Positions 1-9,700 of a stretch of DNA of 64,000 bases are shown here, piece by piece; within the stretch, counting starts at the first letter, position 1; the number at the start of each line of letters is the position of its first letter. The notes under the pieces are model-generated. The model was not told where the DNA came from. It saw nothing but the letters and a program-made list of their open reading frames with translations, and did no database searches. A program made the translations under genes and the position numbers. This stretch comes from an uncultured Trueperaceae bacterium (GTDB lineage: Bacteria > Deinococcota > Deinococci > Deinococcales > Trueperaceae): NCBI GenBank assembly GCA_963727505.1, contig CAVSGP010000005.1:192001-256000 (forward strand), read 5' to 3'.

Positions 1-1204
1 TGTTGCACAGGGCCGCCACCTCGAGGGCTTCGCGCAGGTGCGGCAGGCGATCCAGCTCGGCCGGAGCCCCATCGAGCGTGAAGCCGCCCCCCTGCTCGGA
101 GGGCTGTGCCCGTCCCTCGGCCAGCCACAGGCCGGCGACCGCCATACGGTTCTCGGTCAGGGTGCCGGTCTTGTCGCTGAAGATCACGCTGGTCGCGCCC
201 AGCGTCTCGACGGCCGAGAGACGGTTGACCAGGGCGTTGCGCTCCGCCATCCGGCGCATGCCGCGGGCCAGCGTGATGGTGGCGATGATGGGCAGGCCCT
301 CGGGCACCGTCGCCACGGCCAGCGCGATGGCGGTCTCCAGGATCAGCAGCCAAGGCTTCCCGGCGACGATGCCGGTGACCGCGATGACCGCCGCGACGCC
401 CAGCGTCACCCACACCAGCCGTTGGCCGAGGCGGTCCAGGCGCCGCTCCAGCGGCGTCGTCTCGTCCTCGGCCTCGGCCACGAGCTGCGAGATGCGGCCC
501 AGCTCCGTCTCCATGCCGGTGGCGACGACCACGCCCTCGCCCGACCCGCGACTGATCGAGGTGCCCTTGTAGAGCATGCAGGCGCGCTCGGCCAGCGGAG
601 CGTCTTCCGCCACCGGCTCCGCTCGCTTGCCCGCAGGCAGGGACTCGCCGGTGAGCGTCGACTCGTTGGCCTGCAGCTTGGACGCCTGCAGCAGTCGAAC
701 GTCGGCGGTGACCACGTCGCCGCCCTCGACCAGCACGATATCCCCGGGAACCAGCGCGTCGGCTTCCACGGTGTCGAGGCCACCGTCGCGCCGGACGGTG
801 GCGTGTACGCGACCGAGACTGCGCAACGCTTCCATCGAACGCACGGCGCGCAGCTCCGTCATGAAGCCGATGGCGGCGTTCAACACCAGCACCACCACGA
901 CGGCCAGCGCCTCCACCCACTGTCCGAACAGCGCCGACAGCAGAGCCGCTACGGCCAGCAGCGCCACCAGCAGGCTGCGGAACTGCGCCACCAGCACCTG
1001 CCAGGCGCTGCGCCGCGGCGCCTCGCGCAGCGTGTTGGGACCGAAGCGCTCGAGCCGCCTGGCGACCTCGTCGGCGTCGAGCCCGCGCGTCCGTTCCACG
1101 CCCAGGGCCCGCGCGACGTCGCTGGCGGTCTCGGCCCAGGGCGATGCCGGGTCCCCAGGGGCGGGGGCTCCGGGTCGTGCCCGCGGGACGTCGGGCGCGC
1201 TCAT
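1..1204 (-). CDS. Cation-transporting P-type ATPase (P-IIA/Ca2+-like), N-terminal part; runs off the window start
   Basis: Manual minus-strand translation from ATG at 1204: RLERFGPNTL, ANESTLTGES, VPEGLP, IFSDKTGTLTENRM. Not in the ORF track because the stop lies outside the window. Confidence 0.95.
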   Translation of the reverse strand, partial: MSAPDVPRARPGAPAPGDPASPWAETASDVARALGVERTRGLDADEVARRLERFGPNTLREAPRRSAWQVLVAQFRSLLVALLAVAALLSALFGQWVEALAVVVVLVLNAAIGFMTELRAVRSMEALRSLGRVHATVRRDGGLDTVEADALVPGDIVLVEGGDVVTADVRLLQASKLQANESTLTGESLPAGKRAEPVAEDAPLAERACMLYKGTSISRGSGEGVVVATGMETELGRISQLVAEAEDETTPLERRLDRLGQRLVWVTLGVAAVIAVTGIVAGKPWLLILETAIALAVATVPEGLPIIATITLARGMRRMAERNALVNRLSAVETLGATSVIFSDKTGTLTENRMAVAGLWLAEGRAQPSEQGGGFTLDGAPAELDRLPHLREALEVAALCN

Positions 1205-1378
1205 AGGACCAGCCTAACGGCGGGTCCCGGAGTCGGCGAGGGGCGCCCGCCCCTCGCCGACGTTCGTGTCGCCCGTGACGCACGCGCGGCTGCAGGCGCT
1301 CGGGTAGGCTCGACACCGCGCAAGCTCTGCCGCGACGCCTCGACGCGTCGCCGCTGAATTCGAAGGAGGCGGTTGTCC

Positions 1379-2377
1379 ATGCAGTATCGTTCTCTCGGTT
1401 CCTCCGGCCTACGCGTGTCGGCGCTATCGTTCGGCGCCTGGGTCACGTTCGGCGACCAGATCGGCGAAGACACTGCCCTGGAGATGATGACGGCCGCTTA
1501 CGACGCGGGCGTCAACTTCTTCGACAACGCCGAGGCCTACTCGGCCGGCAAGGCCGAGACGATGATGGGCAACGTCATCAAGCGGGCGGGCTGGAAGCGC
1601 TCCGACCTGGTGCTGTCCACCAAGATCTTCTGGGGCGGCCCCGGGCCGAACGACCGCGGTCTGAGCCGCAAGCACGTCGTCGAGGGCACCGCCGCCGCCT
1701 TGAAGCGCCTCCAGACCGACTACGTCGACCTGGTCTTCTGTCATCGCCCCGATCGCTTCACCCCCATCGAGGAGACCGTGCGGGCGATGAACCATCTCAT
1801 CGACCAGGGCATGACCTTCTACTGGGGCACCAGCGAGTGGACCGCCGAGGAGATCCGCGAGGCGCACGAGGTGGCGCGCCGCGAGCACCTGGTCGGCCCC
1901 ACCATGGAGCAACCGCAGTACAACATGCTCCACCGCGAGCGCGTCGAGCGAGAGTATGCGCGGCTCTACGATGCCTTCGGGCTCGGCCTCACGGTGTGGA
2001 GCCCGCTGGCCAGCGGCATCCTCACCGGCAAGTACGACGACGGCTTCCAGGAGGGCACGCGCTTCGCCCTGGAGGGCTACGAGTGGCTGCGGCAGCGCCT
2101 GGAGTCCGAGCAGGGGAAGCGCGAGCGGGAAGCCGTCAAGAAGCTCAAGCCCATCGCCGACGACCTCGGTATCAGCCGGGCGCAGCTGGCCTTGGCCTGG
2201 GCGCTCAAGAACCCGAACGTGAGCACCGTCATCACCGGCGCCTCGCGGGCGGAACAGGTGCGCGAGAACATGAAGGCCGTCGACGCGGCCGAAAAGATCA
2301 CTTCCGACGTCATGGAGGCCATCGACGAGGTGCTGGGCAACAAGCCGGCCGCGCTGGAGGGCTTCGGGCGCGACTGA
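1379..2377 (+). CDS. Aldo/keto reductase (Kv-beta-like subfamily)
   Basis: [62 protein letters not shown] upstream. Confidence 0.95.
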   Translation: MQYRSLGSSGLRVSALSFGAWVTFGDQIGEDTALEMMTAAYDAGVNFFDNAEAYSAGKAETMMGNVIKRAGWKRSDLVLSTKIFWGGPGPNDRGLSRKHVVEGTAAALKRLQTDYVDLVFCHRPDRFTPIEETVRAMNHLIDQGMTFYWGTSEWTAEEIREAHEVARREHLVGPTMEQPQYNMLHRERVEREYARLYDAFGLGLTVWSPLASGILTGKYDDGFQEGTRFALEGYEWLRQRLESEQGKREREAVKKLKPIADDLGISRAQLALAWALKNPNVSTVITGASRAEQVRENMKAVDAAEKITSDVMEAIDEVLGNKPAALEGFGRD

Positions 2378-2421
2378 TCCTGCCTTCTCCGCACGCGCCA
2401 GGCGATCTCGACATGCTTGTT

Positions 2422-2453
2422 CGGGCCCGGCCGCATCTTCGCGGCCGGGCCCG
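2422..2453. terminator. GC-rich hairpin between convergent genes (possible bidirectional terminator)
   Basis: CGGGCCCGGCCGC-atcttc-GCGGCCGGGCCCG, 13-bp stem. Confidence 0.65.
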
Positions 2454-2531
2454 GATCGTGGACGATGGAGGGACCGCTTCGCCCGACCCGCGCCGGGAGA
2501 TCGGCCAGGGGCGCCCCGCGCACGACCAGGT

Positions 2532-3878
2532 TCAGGGAGCGGTCGTGAACGTCGAGTCCTTGGACAAGGTGGACCAGCTCGGCATGTCCGGCCCTGCGAT
2601 CGAGATCGGTCCGGACCCTCCGCCGAAGATGCCTTCGAGCTCCAACAAGGGACCCGCCATCCCCGCCGGACCGGCCACGGCGTCCATCGACGCGTAGGGT
2701 CCTACGGCTTGGACCCAGAAGGAGTAACCCGCGCTATTCGGGAGTGCTCTGTTGATGGCGGTGAGATCCGGGAGGGTCGTCGAGGTATCGGTCGTTACGA
2801 TGTGGAGCTGGGTCCCGGGCCCGGCCGGGTCGAGCGTCAACAGATAGACCGATCCCGTCAGCGCCGTCCAGCTGAAGGTGGCGCCGGGAGCCACGTTCGT
2901 TGCTCCGGAGGCGGGCGCGGTGGGCATCGCGACGTTGGGCAGGATGAGGGAGGCCGACGGGTTCGGTGCCGTCACTGCGTCCCATGCTGTGGTGGAGTCG
3001 CCCGCACCGTCGGTCGCCGTCGCGGCCAGTCCGTGACTGATGCCGGTGGCGATCGGCACCATGGTGTTCGAGAACGAGCCGGACGGGTTGACGCTCGCAA
3101 GCTGGAGCCCCAGGAGCGCGCCGGCCGAGGCCGGTCCGAATCGGATCACCGCACGGCCGTCGGCGAGCGTGTAGCCCGATGGCGCCGTCAGGCTCCCACT
3201 CAGGGCCCCTGTCGATACGGAGCTGGCGGGGATGGTGACGCCCGTGAGCGCGTCACCGTCATGCAAGGTGACGTCGGTAGAGCCGTAGCCCGTGTAGCTG
3301 GTCGGGTTGCCACTTCCGTCGACGATGGCGCGGATCCCGTAGAGCGTGGTGTGCAGTGGATCGGTCGTGCTCCACTGGACCGTGCCGGGCCCGATGGTCG
3401 AGCTGCCGGTGGAGCCGCCCGCGCCACCGAACGCGAGCTCGGAGCCGCCCGGGAACATGGCGCCGGTCTCGTTCGACTGGAACGGAGCGGTGCCGATCGT
3501 GCCGGCGACGGTCGCCTGGTGGCCGGCCGGGAACCACAAGACCTGGACGGTCGGGTCGGCCCTCGTCAGGCCCTCGTAGACCCAGACCTCGGAGTCGCCC
3601 GCGAAGCTCAGGGTGACGTCGTAGGGCGCGTGGACGTCCGCTACCGTGAATGTCCCGTCGGTTGCGGTGCTCGTGACCTTACCGTCGAGGAGGACGTTGG
3701 CGTTGGCGATGGGGCCGGAGAAGTCGATCACCCGCCCTTGCACGGTGATGACCGACGGCGCCGCTGGCCCGCCGCAGCCCGTCAGGAGCGTCAGGACCGC
3801 GAGGACTGCGAGGCTCGCGATGGCCAGTGGCGAGCGGATGGCGGTGTGGGAGCGGGACGAGCGTGGCTGGTCGGACAT
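2532..3878 (-). CDS. Lipoprotein with an N-terminal carboxypeptidase-regulatory-like domain and further Ig-like/Fn3 beta-sandwich domains
   Basis: Hydrophobic signal plus lipobox LLTGC; VITVQGRVIDFSGPIANANVLL..TDGTFTV; G/T/S-rich beta composition; PASGATNV..FSW segment; GGAGG RBS before ATG 3878. Confidence 0.8.
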   Translation of the reverse strand: MSDQPRSSRSHTAIRSPLAIASLAVLAVLTLLTGCGGPAAPSVITVQGRVIDFSGPIANANVLLDGKVTSTATDGTFTVADVHAPYDVTLSFAGDSEVWVYEGLTRADPTVQVLWFPAGHQATVAGTIGTAPFQSNETGAMFPGGSELAFGGAGGSTGSSTIGPGTVQWSTTDPLHTTLYGIRAIVDGSGNPTSYTGYGSTDVTLHDGDALTGVTIPASSVSTGALSGSLTAPSGYTLADGRAVIRFGPASAGALLGLQLASVNPSGSFSNTMVPIATGISHGLAATATDGAGDSTTAWDAVTAPNPSASLILPNVAMPTAPASGATNVAPGATFSWTALTGSVYLLTLDPAGPGTQLHIVTTDTSTTLPDLTAINRALPNSAGYSFWVQAVGPYASMDAVAGPAGMAGPLLELEGIFGGGSGPISIAGPDMPSWSTLSKDSTFTTAP

Positions 3879-3963
3879 GCGCACCTCCGGAGGGGTGGTC
3901 CGCGGCGCCGTCCGAACCGATCGGGGCACGAGGCAGGACGCGGGCACGATCCCCCACGCATAC

Positions 3964-3996
3964 AGGATGGCAGGGCACCGTCTAGCCTGCGTCTAG
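3964..3996 (-). promoter_or_regulatory. SARP-type heptamer direct repeat plus -10 upstream of the lipoprotein gene
   Basis: Minus strand CTAGACG-cagg-CTAGACG-N9-CATCCT; heptamers at 3990-3996 and 3979-3985, 11-bp period. Confidence 0.7.
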
Positions 3997-4009
3997 CCTG
4001 TGCCCGACG

Positions 4010-4180
4010 TCACCAGTTCCGCAGCGTCTCCACCAGCAGGCGCACCCCGAAGCCCGTCGCGCCCTCCGGCCGGTACCCATCGGCGCGCTCGGCCAGCACC
4101 ATGCCGGCGATGTCCAGGTGGGCCCAGGGGTAGGCCGCGAACTCCTTCAGGAAGGCGGCCGAGGTGCCGACGCCGCCATC
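4010..4180 (-). pseudogene. pepA: C-terminal remnant of an M17 leucyl aminopeptidase
   Basis: GGVGTSAAFLKEFAAYPWAHLDIAG..GATGFGVRLLVE matches the M17 C-terminus; upstream sequence is not homologous. Confidence 0.8.
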
Positions 4181-4275
4181 GCCAGGGTGCCGCCCCCGAG
4201 CTCCAGCGCGCGGGCCCAAGGCGGCGTCGCGCGGGTGCTTCCGCGGCGTCGGGCCGTCCACTATCCTGGAGCCCG

Positions 4276-5343
4276 ATGTTCCTAGGTCCTGACGAGCTCT
4301 ATCCAGAAGGCGCGGGCGTGGCGGCACGGACGTTGATCGACGTGCGCGCCCCCGTCGAGGTGGCGCGCGGCGCCATGCCCGGCAGCCACGCCCTGCCGCT
4401 GATGAGCGACGAGGAGCGGCGCGAGGTCGGCATCCGCTACAAGGAGGCCGGCCAGGAAGCCGCCGTCGCGCTGGGTTACGAGCTGGCCGGTCCGCATCTG
4501 CCCGGCCGCATCGAGGCCTGGCGAGACGTGTGCGCGCAGGGCCCGAGCGCGGTGGCGTGCTGGCGCGGCGGCCTGCGCAGCGAGCTGGCGCTGTCGTTCA
4601 TCGATCGTGGCGACGTGGCGCGCGTGGCGGGCGGCTACAAGGCGCTGCGCCGTCACGTGATGGAGGCGTTGCCCCGTTCGTTGAGCCGCAAGGGCCTGGT
4701 GGTCCTGACGGGGCTCACGGGCTCCGGCAAGACGCGTCTGCTGCGTGCCCTGCCGGTCGACGACGGTCTGCAGGTGCTCGATCTGGAGGGCGCGGCGCGT
4801 CACCGCGGCAGCGCCTTCGGGGCCGAGGACGTGCCGCAACCCAGCCAGCAGACCTTCGAGAACGCGCTCGCCACCGAGCTCCTGCTCAGCCCGGCCGAGC
4901 GGTTGGTGGTGGAGGATGAGTCGCGCTACGTCGGTCGTCGCACGCTTCCGGACGACCTGATGGGGGCGATGCGAGACGCGCCGCTGGTGGTGCTCGAGAC
5001 CCCCATGGCGGAGCGGGTCACGGCCATCGTCGAGGAGTACGTCCTGGCCATGGCGCGGCGCCACGGCGTGCGGGCCGCGCGCGAGCGGCTCGAGCACGAC
5101 ACCCGGCGCATCCGCAAGCGCCTCGGCGGCGGTCGCACCGACGGCGTGGTGGCGGCGCTGCACGCCGCCGAGCAGGCGGACGCCTGGTTCGAGCCCGACG
5201 TCCATCGCTGGTGGGTGCAGACGTTGCTCGAGCACTACTACGACCGCCTCTACCGGAAGGCGACCCTGCGCCACGAGCGGCCCGTCGCCTTCCGGGGTGA
5301 CGCCGTGGCGGTGGCCGACTTCCTGCGGAGCGGTCCCGCGTGA
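4276..5343 (+). CDS. selU: tRNA 2-selenouridine(34) synthase
   Basis: Rhodanese domain IDVRAPVE..ER.EVGIRYK..CWRGGLRS..GGYK; P-loop GLTGSGKT; DLEGAARHRGSAFG; QPSQQTFEN; VEDESR. Confidence 0.95.
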   Translation: MFLGPDELYPEGAGVAARTLIDVRAPVEVARGAMPGSHALPLMSDEERREVGIRYKEAGQEAAVALGYELAGPHLPGRIEAWRDVCAQGPSAVACWRGGLRSELALSFIDRGDVARVAGGYKALRRHVMEALPRSLSRKGLVVLTGLTGSGKTRLLRALPVDDGLQVLDLEGAARHRGSAFGAEDVPQPSQQTFENALATELLLSPAERLVVEDESRYVGRRTLPDDLMGAMRDAPLVVLETPMAERVTAIVEEYVLAMARRHGVRAARERLEHDTRRIRKRLGGGRTDGVVAALHAAEQADAWFEPDVHRWWVQTLLEHYYDRLYRKATLRHERPVAFRGDAVAVADFLRSGPA

Positions 5344-5369
5344 GCCGTCGAAGCCTCAGAGGAGCGAGC

Positions 5370-6425
5370 ATGGAACCAGAACCGGCCGTCGCGCCGATCC
5401 GCCTGACCCACACGGTGAAGAAGGGCGGCTGTGCCGCTAAGATCGCGGCCGGTACCCTGAGCGACCTGTTGCGCTCCTTGCCGCGGCAGAGCCACCCCGA
5501 CCTGCTGGTCGGTAACGACATGCTGGATGACGCCGCGGTGTGGCGCGTCTCGGACGACGTGGCGATGATCCAGACGCTGGACTTCTTCACCCCGATCCTC
5601 GACGACCCCGCCGACTTCGGTGCGGTGGCGGCAGCCAACGCGCTCTCCGACGTGTTCGCCATGGGGGGCACGCCGACCACGGCCCTCACGATCCTGGCCT
5701 ATCCCCTCGGCATCCTGCCCGACGAGGTGCTGGGCACCCTGATGGCCGGGGCGACGGCCGTCATCAACGACGCCGGCGCTTTCCTGGTGGGCGGCCACTC
5801 CATCGAGGACGACACCCTCAAGCTGGGCTTCAGCGTGACCGGACTGGCCCACCCGGACCGGCTCTGGAGCAACAGCGGGGCGCGCGCCGGCGACGTGCTG
5901 ATCCTCACGAAGGCGGTCGGCACCGGCACGCTCTCGGGCGCGCTCAAGAACGACGAGATCGCTCCCGATGCCATGGCGCCGGCCATCGCATCGATGCGGC
6001 AGGTCAACCGCCTCGACCTGGACGACGGACTCCACCGCGCCGTCCACGCCGCCACCGACGTGACCGGCTTCGGCGTGCTGGGGCACGCGTTGCACGTGGC
6101 CGAAGGCTCGGCCGTGACGCTGCGCATCGACACCGGCGCGTTGCCGTTGCTGCCCGGCGCCGAGGACACGCTCAGGCGCGGCATCCTCACCAAGGCGCAC
6201 ACCACCAACGGCCGTTATGTGCAGCAGCGGGTGAGCGGCCGCGAGAGCGTGGACCCGGTGCGGTGGCTGGCGGCGGTGGACCCGCAGACGAGCGGCGGCC
6301 TGCTGCTCAGCGTCGCCCCGGAGCGTGCCACGGAGCTGCTCGCGGCCGTGGGCGAACGGTTCCCGGCGGCGTGCGTGGTGGGCGAGGTGACGGCGCGCGG
6401 CGCGTGGCCCCTCCAGGTGGTCTGA
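5370..6425 (+). CDS. selD: Selenophosphate synthetase (Cys-type)
   Basis: RLTHTVKKGGCAAKI, DDAAV, QTLDFFTPILDDP..FG, NALSDVFAMGG, GGHSIED, TDVTGFG, DPQTSGGLL. Confidence 0.95.
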   Translation: MEPEPAVAPIRLTHTVKKGGCAAKIAAGTLSDLLRSLPRQSHPDLLVGNDMLDDAAVWRVSDDVAMIQTLDFFTPILDDPADFGAVAAANALSDVFAMGGTPTTALTILAYPLGILPDEVLGTLMAGATAVINDAGAFLVGGHSIEDDTLKLGFSVTGLAHPDRLWSNSGARAGDVLILTKAVGTGTLSGALKNDEIAPDAMAPAIASMRQVNRLDLDDGLHRAVHAATDVTGFGVLGHALHVAEGSAVTLRIDTGALPLLPGAEDTLRRGILTKAHTTNGRYVQQRVSGRESVDPVRWLAAVDPQTSGGLLLSVAPERATELLAAVGERFPAACVVGEVTARGAWPLQVV

Positions 6426-6473
6426 GCGGACGCGGTCTCGTGGCTCCGCTTCCGAAGGTCGCGCGGTGGCCGC

Positions 6474-6674
6474 TCAGGTCTCGCCCCCGTCGTCTGCGAC
6501 GCTGCCGCGCAGGGCGATGAAGTCCGCCAGGTCCCTGGGGGAGGTGAAGTACGCGGCGGCACCGCTGGCGACGTCGCGTACCGAGCCGCGCAGGGCGGGC
6601 GGGCCGGACGACGCGGGCTCGAGCCACACCCGCACGACGAAGACCCACTGCTTGCGTCTGCCGGCATCGTCCAC
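6474..6674 (-). CDS. Small hypothetical protein (66 aa, predicted beta-beta-beta-alpha)
   Basis: FVVRVWLE..LRGSVRDVASG..YF..DLADFI; GGGAGGG RBS before the GTG start; co-oriented downstream of the SARP-STAND gene. Confidence 0.75.
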   Translation of the reverse strand: MDDAGRRKQWVFVVRVWLEPASSGPPALRGSVRDVASGAAAYFTSPRDLADFIALRGSVADDGGET

Positions 6675-6706
6675 GTCCGCCCTCCCAGTCTGCGACTCCC
6701 ATGGCC

Positions 6707-6739
6707 AGCATGCCGGGGCTGCGTCTAGGTAGCGTCTAG
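6707..6739 (-). promoter_or_regulatory. SARP-type heptamer direct repeat plus -10 upstream of the 66-aa gene
   Basis: Minus strand CTAGACG-ctac-CTAGACG-N9-CATGCT; heptamers at 6733-6739 and 6722-6728. Confidence 0.7.
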
Positions 6740-6767
6740 TCGCGCGCCCGCGGTGCTCCGGGGTACG

Positions 6768-9700
6768 TCACGGCCAGGGCGCGCCGTCCGCCGCCTCCGC
6801 GATCTCGCGGTTGAACTCCATGTCCAGGAAGGCGGCCCGCGCCGTCTCTCCGTCGATCGCGTCGGCCATCGTGCGCAGGCGCTCGCTGGCGCGCCTCGCC
6901 AGCGCCCGCGCCGCCGCTTCTTCGCCCTGGCCGTGACGGACGCGCGCCGCGACCCACGCGACCTGTTGCGGGTGGAGCAGCTCGTCGTCGCGCTTCTCGA
7001 GGAGCGCCAGGAGCTCGTCGGCAGCGGCCGACGCCTGCTCCAGGCGACCCTCCTCGAGATAGGCCAGCGCCAGCTCGCACAGCGCGTTGGCGGAGCTCGC
7101 GTCACGTCCCAGGCGTCGCTCGATGGCCAGCGCCTGGCACAGGTGTTCGATGGCGTCGTCGCGCGCCCCCAGGTGGCGCTCGGCGTCGCCGAGGTTGCTG
7201 AGGGCGGAGGCCGCCAGGAGGTCGTTTCCGGCCCCCCGCGCCAGCGCCAGCGCGCGCAGTGCCGCGCGGCGTGCGTCCTCGTGGCGGCGTCCGTACAGCA
7301 GGGCCGAGGAGCCGTTCAGCACGCACAGCGTCTCGCCGCGCCGGTCGCCGAGCCGCGCGAAGAGCTGCGCGGCGCGCTCCAGCCGCTCGGCGGCTGCGGC
7401 GTGATCGCCCAGCCGCAGGTCGAGCACGCCGCGGTTGAGCGAGACCGCGGCCAGGCCCTGGGGCCTCTCGAGTTCCCGGTAGAGTCTCTCGGCGACACGG
7501 TAGTGCGCCTTCGCCTCCGCCAGGCGCGTCAAGCGGGCGGCGCTCACGGCGCGGTACTGGTGAGCGTCGGCCTCCAGGCTGCGGTCGCCCGTGTCGAGGG
7601 CAAGGCGGAGCACGCGGGCGGTGAGCTCGAAGGCGTCTTCGAAGGCTTCCTCGCCGATGGCGGCCTGCAGGGCGGCGCGCAAGGCCTCCGCCACGAGCTC
7701 GGGCTCGTCGGCTGCGCCGGCTTGCTGGGCCGCGTCGAGGTGCTGGTGGACCTGCTCGGGCCGGCCGGCCGCGAGTGCAACGTGGACACCGAGACAGGCG
7801 GCGGCGAGGCTCAGGCGCCGGTCGTGGATCTGCTCGGCGAGCGCCGCGGCTTCGCTCAGGCGCTCCTCGGCGGCCGACGGGTCGCCGAGCGCCAGATCGT
7901 AGCCGGCCCGCAGCAGCGCCGCGTGCGCCCGCCACGCGGGACGGCCGTCGGCGGTTGCGCGGTCCGCCAGGCGCTCCAGGAGCTCCGCTTCGGCGGCGCG
8001 CCGGCCCAGCTCGCGCAGCAGCGCCACCCGCCTTACGTCGGCATCGAAGGAGGCCTGTTCGTCGCCGAGTGCTTCTGCCAGGGCGCTCATGGCGTCGAGC
8101 TGGAGGCGCTGTTGTTCGCGGTCCCCGCGCCGGCGTGCGGCGTCCTCGGCCAGCCGGTGGAGCTCGATCCGCAGCCGCGGCTCGCGCGCCAGCGTCAACG
8201 ACCAGGAGGCCAGGCTTCGCGCCTCCTCGCCGGCCCCGGCCTCCAGAGCCTCGCGGGCCGCCCGAAGGCCGTGCCGGGCGGCCCGGTCGGGCTCACCCCC
8301 GAGGTCGTAGTGCCTGGCCAGGGTCGCAGCGCTCGCGTCCGACATGCCGACGCGCTCCAGCGCATGCGCAGCGCGGCGGTGGTAGCGGGCGCGGGCGGAG
8401 GGGTCGACGCTCCGGTAGATGGCCTCGCGCATGAGCTGATGGCCGAAGGTGAAGGAGCCTGCGCGCCGTTCGCGCAGCAGGCGGGCGTCGAGCAAGAGGT
8501 CGAGGGCGTCGAGGGCCTCGCGCTCGTCTAAGGCCAGCACGTCGCGCACCGTTTCGAGGCGGAAGCTCTCGCCCACCACTGCCGCTGCCCCCGCGAAGGT
8601 GCGCGCTTCGGGGGTGAGGTGCTCGAGGCGCGCGGTGACCCGGCGGCGCACGCCGTCTGGGACCAACTCGGACCAGTCGGGTCCGGTGCGCGGAAGCATG
8701 GGGGCGCAGGGCGCGGGCGGGGTCGTGGTGTCGACGCCGCCGGTGTCGACACCGCCGGCGTCGGTGGCCGCCTCGTGGAGGAGCTCCGAGATCAGCAGCG
8801 GGTTACCGGCGCTGGCCGCTTCCAGCGCGGCCACCTCCTCGGGTGCTACCGCCGCAGGCTCGAGCCGGGCCAGGAGTGTCGCGATGGCCTCCGTGTCGAG
8901 CCCGGCGAGTGCGATCGCATCGAGGGAGCCGGCCTCCTCCAGCCGGCGTCGCAGGGCACGGAGCGGGTGGCCCGGCCCGAGCCGGTCGTCGCGGTAGGTC
9001 GCGACGATCAAGAGGGGGGCGTCGCGGGCGCGCTGCGCGAGGTGCTCGAGCAGCGCCACGCTCGCTTCGCCGGCGCCCTGCAGATCCTCCAACGCCAGCA
9101 GCAGGGGACGTGTGCCCGCCAGGTCGAGAAGCGCGCGACTGACGGCATGGAAGAGACGGGCGCGCTCCCGGTCGGGCGGCAGCTCCGGGAGCGGCGGTCC
9201 GGCTGGCATCGTCGGTGTCGCCGCCGGCAGCGCCCCCGCGAGCACCCGTCGCCACGGAGCGCTCCTGTCGCCGGCGGCGACCAGCAGGTTGAAGACGGGG
9301 CGTAGCGCCTCCGCTACCGCCTGGTACGGGCTCGCTTCCGGTTCGGAGGTGCCCCCCGCCAGGGCCCGGCCCTCGTCCGTCTCCGCGCGCTGAGCGAGCC
9401 GCCGCAGCAGCCTGCTCTTGCCGATCCCGGCGGGCCCCGCCAGCAGCACCAGACCGCCGCGGCCGGCGCGAGCGCGGTCCCAGCGGTCGCCCAGCGCCGC
9501 GAGCTCGCGCGCGCGTCCCGCGAAGGGGAGTTGCGGCGGAGCGCCGGCGCGGGCGGGTGCCGCCTCGCTCGGCGGGTCCAGCTCGCGAACCAGCGCCTCG
9601 AACAGGGCGCGCGTCTGCTGCATGGGTTCCACGCGGAGCTCGGTGGCCAGCAGGTCGGAGAACCGGTCGTAGACGGCCAGCGCCCCCGCCCGATCGCCGG

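Noticed and set aside
1232..1261. 13-bp stem hairpin between the divergent ATPase and AKR genes
   Set aside because: No U-tract and no second copy seen; function cannot be assigned.
38..1357. Plus-strand ORFs at the window start
   Set aside because: Shadows of the minus-strand P-type ATPase.
5340..5450. Selenocysteine (UGA) recoding in selD or selU-selD read-through
   Set aside because: The catalytic position is TGT (Cys); the selU stop is in a different frame from selD.
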